Program-made: the position numbers and the translations under genes | Assembly (NCBI GenBank): GCA_964582605.1 | Contig: CAZOTC010000001.1 | Coordinates: 1 to 41,873 of the forward strand | Source: an uncultured Geobacter sp. | GTDB taxonomy: Bacteria; Desulfobacterota; Desulfuromonadia; Geobacterales; Pseudopelobacteraceae | Direction of reading: 5' to 3' | Length of the DNA: 41,873 nt | The notes under the pieces: generated by a model | What the model saw: the letters and a program-made list of their open reading frames with translations, nothing else | What the model was told of the DNA's origin: nothing | The model's database searches: none | Shown: positions 37,452-41,873 of the stretch, one piece after another | How the letters are laid out: each line of letters begins with the position of its first letter | Numbering within the stretch: position 1 is the first letter of the stretch

Positions 37452-38108
37452 ATGACTGATTTCCAGATTCATCAGGCAATGCAGCTCTTGGAGGACGTAT
37501 GTAAAGCGTGGCAGACTCCGTCTGTAACGGTGATATCGGAGCAGTACCAATCGCCATTTCATGTGTTACTTTCATGTATTATTTCATTGCGAACCAAGGA
37601 TGCTGTTACTGCAGCTGCCTCTGCACGCCTCTTCGGTCGTGCAGGTACTCCAGAAGAAGTTGTCGGTCTGACAACTGACGAAATTGCACAGCTGATCTAC
37701 CCGGCAGGTTTTTATCGTACTAAGGCCGGACAGATTCATCAGATCTGTAAGCGTTTACGTGATGAATATAACGGCATAGTACCTGACGATTTGGAGCAGT
37801 TGCTTACTTTTAGAGGGGTGGGGCGCAAGACCGCCAACCTGGTAATCACCCTTGGGCATGGTAAGCCCGGCATCTGCGTTGATATCCATGTCCATCGCAT
37901 TACTAATCGTTGGGGGTATGTTTGCAGTAAAAATCCTGACCAGACTGAATTGATACTGAGAGAAAAACTGCCTTCTGAGTACTGGCTCAGGATCAATGAT
38001 TTACTGGTCTGTTTTGGACAAAATTGCTGTCTGCCGATATCACCGTTTTGTTCGACCTGTAGAATGCTGAGTCTTTGCAGCCGAATTGGTGTTCAACGCA
38101 GTCGATAA
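37452..38108 (+). CDS. nth: Endonuclease III
   Basis: HhH motif GVGRKTAN, VDIHVHRI, 4Fe-4S motif C-x6-C-x2-C-x5-C. Confidence 0.93.
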   Translation: MTDFQIHQAMQLLEDVCKAWQTPSVTVISEQYQSPFHVLLSCIISLRTKDAVTAAASARLFGRAGTPEEVVGLTTDEIAQLIYPAGFYRTKAGQIHQICKRLRDEYNGIVPDDLEQLLTFRGVGRKTANLVITLGHGKPGICVDIHVHRITNRWGYVCSKNPDQTELILREKLPSEYWLRINDLLVCFGQNCCLPISPFCSTCRMLSLCSRIGVQRSR

Positions 38109-38236
38109 TTTTACGTTGTTATAGACGCTTCAGTTGTGTGCAAAAAACTTGGTTGCCACCGTGCTGCTTTCAGTGTAATAAAGTACACTGAGTTTTAGAT
38201 AACAGTATTTTATTTTTTACATAGGAGGAACTGCGC

Positions 38237-39103
38237 ATGCTGCGAAAAATTGGATTTATCGGTTTAGGGACGGTGGGACGTCATATGGCGGCCAATCTGG
38301 TTAACGGGGGATATGATCTTACTGTGTTTGATACTGATCCGGCGAAAATAGCGGATCTGGTGTCACTGGGGGCAGTGGGGGCCACTACCGCAGCAGAAGC
38401 TGCTCGCGGACGAGAGCTGGTTATTTCGATTGTTTCAGAAGGTGATGAACAGGGTCCGCTTTTTTGCGGTGAGACTGGTATCATGGCTGGTATTGAACCA
38501 GGCACCATCTTCGCCGATATGGGTACAACCTCCCTTGAGACAACACTGAAGATGGCAGATGAGACCGCCAAAAAGCGTTGCCATTATCTGGACGCCCCGG
38601 TTTGGGGAAATAAGGATCACGCGGCTAACGGCCTGTTGACCATTATTGTGGGAGGGGACCCGGCTATCATTGGCAAGTGTCGTGAACCGTTCAGTATCTT
38701 TGGACTGAATACCATTAATGTCGGCGAAATCGGTGATGCAACCAAGATGAAATTTGTCGTCAATATGGTACAGGGTACGCTGGTTCAGGTGCTTGCAGAA
38801 GGTCTGGTCTTTGGTGAGCGTATGGGCTTCAGCGGTGACAAGATCCTTGAAGTGCTTGACACGCGTGGGGTCGCTTCTCCCATTTTCCACCTCAAGGGCA
38901 GGGCGATGTCCCGCAACGAGTTTACCCGCAGTCTGGCGCTTAAATATGTGAATGACGGCATGCACCTGGTGCTGAACGCTGCCCGTCTGGTCGGTTTACA
39001 CTTGCCGGCAGCCGAAGCTGCCAGCAAAATGTATGAAAAAGGACTTGAAGCCGGATATGGTGAAGAGGATTTTTCTGCAGTCATCAAGGTTTTGCGCAAA
39101 TAG
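38237..39103 (+). CDS. NAD(P)-dependent beta-hydroxyacid dehydrogenase (3-HIBADH/GarR/GLYR family)
   Basis: GFIGLG..G, DAPV.G, catalytic Lys in MKFVVN, G.EDFSAV. Confidence 0.9.
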   Translation: MLRKIGFIGLGTVGRHMAANLVNGGYDLTVFDTDPAKIADLVSLGAVGATTAAEAARGRELVISIVSEGDEQGPLFCGETGIMAGIEPGTIFADMGTTSLETTLKMADETAKKRCHYLDAPVWGNKDHAANGLLTIIVGGDPAIIGKCREPFSIFGLNTINVGEIGDATKMKFVVNMVQGTLVQVLAEGLVFGERMGFSGDKILEVLDTRGVASPIFHLKGRAMSRNEFTRSLALKYVNDGMHLVLNAARLVGLHLPAAEAASKMYEKGLEAGYGEEDFSAVIKVLRK

Positions 39104-39134
39104 AACATAAGCTGGTAGTATTAGTTCGTGAGGT

Positions 39135-39160
39135 TAAAGGCGTTCATTTGAGCGCCTTTA
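39135..39160 (+). terminator. Hairpin terminator candidate
   Basis: TAAAGGCGTTCA..TGAGCGCCTTTA. Confidence 0.55.
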
Positions 39161-39182
39161 CTGTTCGTGGAGAGAGGTTGTC

Positions 39183-40808
39183 ATGAAAACAGCGTTCAGA
39201 ACTCGCACCGTATATCTTGCGGCCTCCTGGATGGCGCCGGTCGGTCGTTACAATGGTAAAGACCGTCCAGATCTCTCGTTTCTTGAGATGGCAGAGCAGT
39301 GTGGAGAGGTTTTTAGCGGCAGTCCGGTGAGACGCAGGGATATTGAGGCAGTTGTGGTGGGTAGTCAGAACCCTGCGGCTTTTTCCGGGGTTGATAACAC
39401 TGCCGCTAAGATATCAGGGATTTTGGGGGTTTCCGGCGTTAAATCAGTTTTGATAGACACCGCATCCTCTTCCGGAGCTTCTGCTTTCGAAAATGCGTTC
39501 CTGGAAGTTGCCTCAGGGCGTCATGACCATGTACTTGCCATCGGTATTCAGAAGATGAGTGATGCCTCTACCCAGGAAGCAACGCGCATTATTGCCGGGG
39601 TAATCGACCGCGATGAAGCCGAGTACGGGCTGACCATGCCGGCGTGTGGTGCTCTGGTTGCCGGTGCGCTCAAACAGAAACTCGGTCTCACTGATCTCGA
39701 ATGGTCAGCTTATTCCTCGCTTCTGACTCAGCGCAGTCACCGCTTCAGCAGTCAGAATCCCTATGCGCACCTGAGGCAACCACTGCCTTTTGAGGATTAT
39801 TTCAGCCAGTTGGCGTCCGGCGAAAATTACCGCTACTGGTCTCCCTTGCGTTACCACGACTATTGTCCCATGTCGGACGGCATGGCTGCAGTTATCCTTA
39901 CTTCACGCCCCCAGGATATCCTGATTGCAGGGGTTGGCAGTGCTACCGACATACCAACCATCGCCGATCGTAACTACTTTCATTCCTTTCCGGCCACGGT
40001 TATAGCCGCCGGTTACGCCTATGGTATGGCCGGCTTGCATAATCTCAGACAGCTTGAGGGAAAGCTTCACGTCAACATGCATGATCCCTTTAACGGGTTT
40101 GGTCCGATCAATCTGGTTGACCTCGGGATTGTCAGCCGTAACCACCTTTTCGATGCCCTGCTTGATGATCAGTTGACCGGCCCCAACGGACTTTTTCCGA
40201 CAAATCTGACCGGTGGCCTGAAAGGGAGGGGCCATCCTCTCGGTGCTACCGGCATGATTCAGATCGTCGAGAACCATCGTTTGATAAGCGAAGCCGGATT
40301 TGAGGCCGGTCTCTCACATTCTATTGGCGGACCGATCAATAACAATGTGGTGGTGCTCCTTGAGCGGAGTCAACACTTTGACGGACGTGTTCATGAGCCG
40401 TACCGACCATGGGGGCTGCCTTCCTTGGGAAGGCCAAAGCCACGTGGGGTAACAATAGAATTTTTACTGGATGAAACAGGCAGCTGTACTGGCGAGTTTG
40501 TGAACGCGACGACACGTTATCACTACAAAACCGGGCAGCCTGAATTGACGTTGATACTGGTAGCCTGCCGGTTCCAAGGTGTGAAATATCGTTTTCTGTT
40601 TGGACTTGATGGTGGTTTTGCAATGCAGCTGGCTGATCTTGCTCCGGGGGATGAACTGGTTTTGACCCGTCAGTCCGGCGAGATTATGCTGAATCGCATG
40701 CCTGTGCAACGATTCTATCAGAGAACGATCAAGGGTATGAGAGAACTGGCGGAGTCAGGCTGGCGCAGGATGAAGGGGGATAAAGGCGATACTGCTGTAC
40801 GGGGTTGA
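39183..40808 (+). CDS. Thiolase-fold protein (SCP2/type II-like) lacking catalytic Cys, with C-terminal extension
   Basis: DTASSSG, CPMSDG..AV, HDPF, N.TGGL..GHPLGATG, HSIGG; about 140 aa of extra C-terminus. Confidence 0.85.
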   Translation: MKTAFRTRTVYLAASWMAPVGRYNGKDRPDLSFLEMAEQCGEVFSGSPVRRRDIEAVVVGSQNPAAFSGVDNTAAKISGILGVSGVKSVLIDTASSSGASAFENAFLEVASGRHDHVLAIGIQKMSDASTQEATRIIAGVIDRDEAEYGLTMPACGALVAGALKQKLGLTDLEWSAYSSLLTQRSHRFSSQNPYAHLRQPLPFEDYFSQLASGENYRYWSPLRYHDYCPMSDGMAAVILTSRPQDILIAGVGSATDIPTIADRNYFHSFPATVIAAGYAYGMAGLHNLRQLEGKLHVNMHDPFNGFGPINLVDLGIVSRNHLFDALLDDQLTGPNGLFPTNLTGGLKGRGHPLGATGMIQIVENHRLISEAGFEAGLSHSIGGPINNNVVVLLERSQHFDGRVHEPYRPWGLPSLGRPKPRGVTIEFLLDETGSCTGEFVNATTRYHYKTGQPELTLILVACRFQGVKYRFLFGLDGGFAMQLADLAPGDELVLTRQSGEIMLNRMPVQRFYQRTIKGMRELAESGWRRMKGDKGDTAVRG

Positions 40809-40833
40809 TTTTTGTCATACGCATTGTTATAGT
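40805..40833 (+). promoter_or_regulatory. Sigma70 promoter of rpoH
   Basis: TTGATT-17-TATAGT with extended -10 TG. Confidence 0.7.
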
Positions 40834-40834
40834 A

Positions 40835-40861
40835 TTAGCAGTCGCATGCTGTGAGTGCTAA
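40835..40861 (+). promoter_or_regulatory. CIRCE element (HrcA operator)
   Basis: TTAGCAGTC-N9-GAGTGCTAA, one mismatch from the consensus TTAGCACTC-N9-GAGTGCTAA. Confidence 0.92.
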
Positions 40862-40886
40862 TACGAGAGGTAGGAGGTGTGTCGTC

Positions 40887-41753
40887 ATGTATGCCGCCAT
40901 TCCTGCAGTAACCGATAGTTTTTCAAAATATCTGTCAGAAATACGCTCTTTTCCTCTGCTTGATGAACAGGAGGAATACAGGCTTGCTGTCCGTCTGTTT
41001 GAGGAAAACGATCTTGATGCAGCTCAATCCCTGATTACGTCCAATCTCCGTTTTGTGGTAAAGATTGCTGCTGAATACCGTAATTATGGAGTGAAGATGC
41101 TTGATCTTGTTCAAGAAGGCAATATCGGGCTCATGCTGGCAGTACGTAAATTCAATCCCTATCGCGGTTTTCGTCTGATTACCTATGCGGTCTGGTGGAT
41201 TCGCGCCCAGATTCAAAGTTTCATTATATCGTCATGGAGTCTGCTCAAGATTGGTACAACACAGGCGCAACGCAAGCTCTTCTTTAAGCTTAAGCAGGCA
41301 AAAAATGCGATTAATCGCATGACAGGTGGAGATGATGATCTGTTGGCAACTGCTGAGTCGCTTGATGTGAGTGAGGCAGAGGTTGAAGAGATGGAGCTGC
41401 GTCTGATGGGGGAGTTGTCGCTTGATGCAGAGTTGGTGTCTGGAGAAGGGGGCAGTCTGCTTGACACGCTGGTTGATGATCGTCCCAATCAGGAAAGCAT
41501 GCTGTCAGATCTCCAAGAGGAGCAGGCGCTTAAAGGGGCTGTTGCTGAAGCAGTAGCACGTCTGGGAGAGAAGGAGCAGTTTGTTGTTGAGCATCGCATC
41601 TGTGCTGATGAACCGATGACGTTGCAGGAGATAGCAGACCATTTTCTGATCTCACGGGAGAGAGTGCGTCAGATTGAAGCCAATGCGCTTAATAAGATTA
41701 AGGGATTTCTGGCGTCATCCTCTGTAAATCCTCAACTACTGCAAGCGGTCTGA
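40887..41753 (+). CDS. rpoH: Heat-shock sigma factor sigma-32
   Basis: DLVQEGNIGLM, YAVWWIRA, RpoH box QRKLFFKL, SRERVRQIE; AGGAGG RBS; CIRCE upstream. Confidence 0.93.
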   Translation: MYAAIPAVTDSFSKYLSEIRSFPLLDEQEEYRLAVRLFEENDLDAAQSLITSNLRFVVKIAAEYRNYGVKMLDLVQEGNIGLMLAVRKFNPYRGFRLITYAVWWIRAQIQSFIISSWSLLKIGTTQAQRKLFFKLKQAKNAINRMTGGDDDLLATAESLDVSEAEVEEMELRLMGELSLDAELVSGEGGSLLDTLVDDRPNQESMLSDLQEEQALKGAVAEAVARLGEKEQFVVEHRICADEPMTLQEIADHFLISRERVRQIEANALNKIKGFLASSSVNPQLLQAV

Positions 41754-41779
41754 ATCTCGTTGTATGTCGCCGTTGAGTG

Positions 41780-41837
41780 GAAAAGAAAAAAGAAAAAAGA
41801 AAAAAGTATTGACATAATGGTTCAGCTGAAGTAAAAG
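41780..41837 (+). promoter_or_regulatory. Strong promoter with A-tract UP element for a gene beyond the window
   Basis: (GAAAAAA)-like repeats, then TTGACA(41809)-17-TAAAAG. Confidence 0.65.
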
Positions 41838-41873
41838 CACAAATTCAACGCTTTGCTGAACAAAATGCTGGCG

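Noticed and set aside
39456-39476. Selenocysteine or recoding at the thiolase active site
   Set aside because: The codon is TCC (Ser), not TGA, and the ORF is uninterrupted.
1-41873. Mobile elements, prophage, CRISPR arrays, defence systems, rRNA
   Set aside because: No transposase, integrase, cas, phage genes or repeat-spacer arrays were seen, and no obvious compositional island.

Overview
Gene-dense chromosomal segment of a deltaproteobacterium. Gene content (c7-type dodecaheme cytochrome, CIRCE-preceded rpoH, MaeB, SgmX/MglA-like proteins) points to Geobacteraceae, probably Trichlorobacter/G. lovleyi-like; this is inference. About 43 CDS and no supportable mobile element, CRISPR or rRNA. 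Order: two paralogous FlgT/LPP20-like exported proteins, TPM, lemA, SemiSWEET, trmJ; an SgmX-like TPR gene flanked by two paralogous tandem-domain genes; maeB; ROK kinase; SLH/TPR lipoprotein plus LPP20-like protein; ECF sigma/anti-sigma/target trio with two near-identical ECF promoters; alpha-amylase, GDSL esterase, DGC, cupin cluster; His-less kinase-cheD, HDOD, REC-GGDEF; FN3 lipoprotein; 12-heme cytochrome; nadC-birA-coaX-fusA2-SPOR-hypothetical-degenerate MglA; nth; beta-hydroxyacid dehydrogenase; Cys-less thiolase-like/OB-fold fusion; CIRCE-rpoH; strong promoter at the right edge. Most unusual: three proteins with substituted catalytic residues (thiolase C->S with fused OB fold, kinase H->N beside CheD, MglA pseudo-GTPase), a possible Myxococcus-like polarity module, and a self-contained ECF regulon. 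Family calls come from motif recognition, not database searches.
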